Assembly (NCBI GenBank): GCA_039794085.1
Contig: JBDIWC010000031.1
Location: 1-51,237, forward strand
Length of the DNA: 51,237 nt
Reading direction: 5' to 3'
Origin: Gemmatimonadales bacterium
Lineage (GTDB): Bacteria > Gemmatimonadota > Gemmatimonadetes > Gemmatimonadales > GWC2-71-9
In this document: one piece after another, positions 50,352 through 51,237 of the stretch
How the letters are laid out: each line of letters begins with the position of its first letter
Position numbering within the stretch: the stretch's first letter is position 1
Position numbers and translations under genes: made by a program
The notes under the pieces: model-generated
Told to the model about the DNA's origin: nothing
Seen by the model: the letters and a program-made list of their open reading frames with translations, nothing else
Databases searched by the model: none

Positions 50352-50506
50352 GGAGCAGAGTTCGTGCCAGGTGGGAGCTTTGGACAGTTGCGGATAGGTC
50401 CAATCATCCAGTACGTTCAGTAAGATTCGGAGTAACACCCCCTGTGTTGGTGGATACCGGGCTGTGTAACTCTTGCTGATGCGACCTCACACTGGGAGTT
50501 GCCCTG

Positions 50507-50767
50507 GTGCCCAACCGAAGCGTTCTTGTGCTACAGCTCGCGGCGCTCTTTGCACTGGGTCTTGCGCTGTTCATGGACAGGAAGGAACGTGTCGGCACAG
50601 CGATTCGGATCTGGCAAGGGTTGTTCTTTGCGTCCCTTGTTCTTGGGCTGATCGGATCTCTCGATATAGGTGGTGTTCTCACCCTTGTCGTGAACATTCT
50701 GTCCTTTGTGCTTGCCGTGGTTGCGCTCGTGGCGGTCGTGGTTGCCGTGAAGCAGCGGCTACGGTGA
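50507..50767 (+). CDS. Small hydrophobic membrane protein (about 3 TM)
   Basis: GGGAG RBS before GTG; strongly hydrophobic 86 aa; visibly lower GC. Confidence 0.55.
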   Translation: MPNRSVLVLQLAALFALGLALFMDRKERVGTAIRIWQGLFFASLVLGLIGSLDIGGVLTLVVNILSFVLAVVALVAVVVAVKQRLR

Positions 50768-50839
50768 GGCAGTGCAGGCAGTGTGATGAGCGGGATCGTG
50801 TCCGCGGGAAACCATGTGTGGGCTAACGGAAGGATAGGA

Positions 50840-51139
50840 ATGCAAGTTCTACGTGGGGTTCTACCGATTCTTGCGTCCTGCATGTTCGGTCTACCCCTTG
50901 CCGCACAGGAGATCTCTCCTTCAGATTCTGCGACACTGGAGACGATCGAACGGTTCTTCGTCGCCTCGCGCGTTGAGCAAGTGTTCGCGAGCAGTCGCGA
51001 GCTTATGTTTGGATCGGTGCCTGCCCCTGAACCAATCGCGGGGAGATGGAGAGAATTGATGGCGAAGTACTTGCCGTATGACTCGGTGAAGGTGGACCTC
51101 TTCAGGATATCGGTAAATGTCAAGATAGTTGTCGCATGA
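50840..51139 (+). CDS. Hypothetical secreted protein, possibly truncated
   Basis: Signal-like MQVLRGVLPILASCMFGLPLAA-Q followed by a helical segment. Confidence 0.4.
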   Translation: MQVLRGVLPILASCMFGLPLAAQEISPSDSATLETIERFFVASRVEQVFASSRELMFGSVPAPEPIAGRWRELMAKYLPYDSVKVDLFRISVNVKIVVA

Positions 51140-51237
51140 GCCTTCATGCGGCCGCTTCGGGAGTGGCCGCGTGGGTTGATTCCTGCTTGGGTGGATTGAG
51201 GGCTACCGCGTCCACCGGGGTCCAGCCTCGCGTCCGG

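Overview
High-GC bacterial chromosome segment; gene content and repeat style suggest Gemmatimonadota, but that is inference only. From left to right: (1) the right junction of an element integrated in a tRNA-Pro(GGG) gene (3' tRNA fragment plus terminator); (2) a diheme cytochrome, a Tat-signal NAD(P)-binding protein and a VapBC-type toxin-antitoxin pair; (3) a nap-like operon whose NapA homologue appears to lack the Mo-ligating Cys, with NapB-like pentaheme, tetraheme, NrfC-like, NrfD-like and SPFH genes; (4) housekeeping genes (gyrB, DUF721, recF, enoyl-CoA hydratase, mtnA, glpK); (5) a four-gene porin/multiheme-cytochrome cassette (45 heme motifs) flanked by paralogous zinc-ribbon genes and followed by ccmE (Cys type), ccmF, ccmH and a ccmI-like gene; (6) a candidate undescribed peptide cluster (stand-alone C39 peptidase, three small secreted-type peptides, two with CxxC...CxGxC hydrophobic cores, thioredoxin-like protein, Yip1-like protein, ABC transporter); (7) an ABC/transglutaminase-like/TPR operon and uvrA; (8) a repeat-rich accessory region with a duplicated AraC-like regulator module around a second Cys-rich peptide/beta-propeller cassette and an intact ISAzo13-family element. 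All calls come from reading motifs by eye; no database searches were run.
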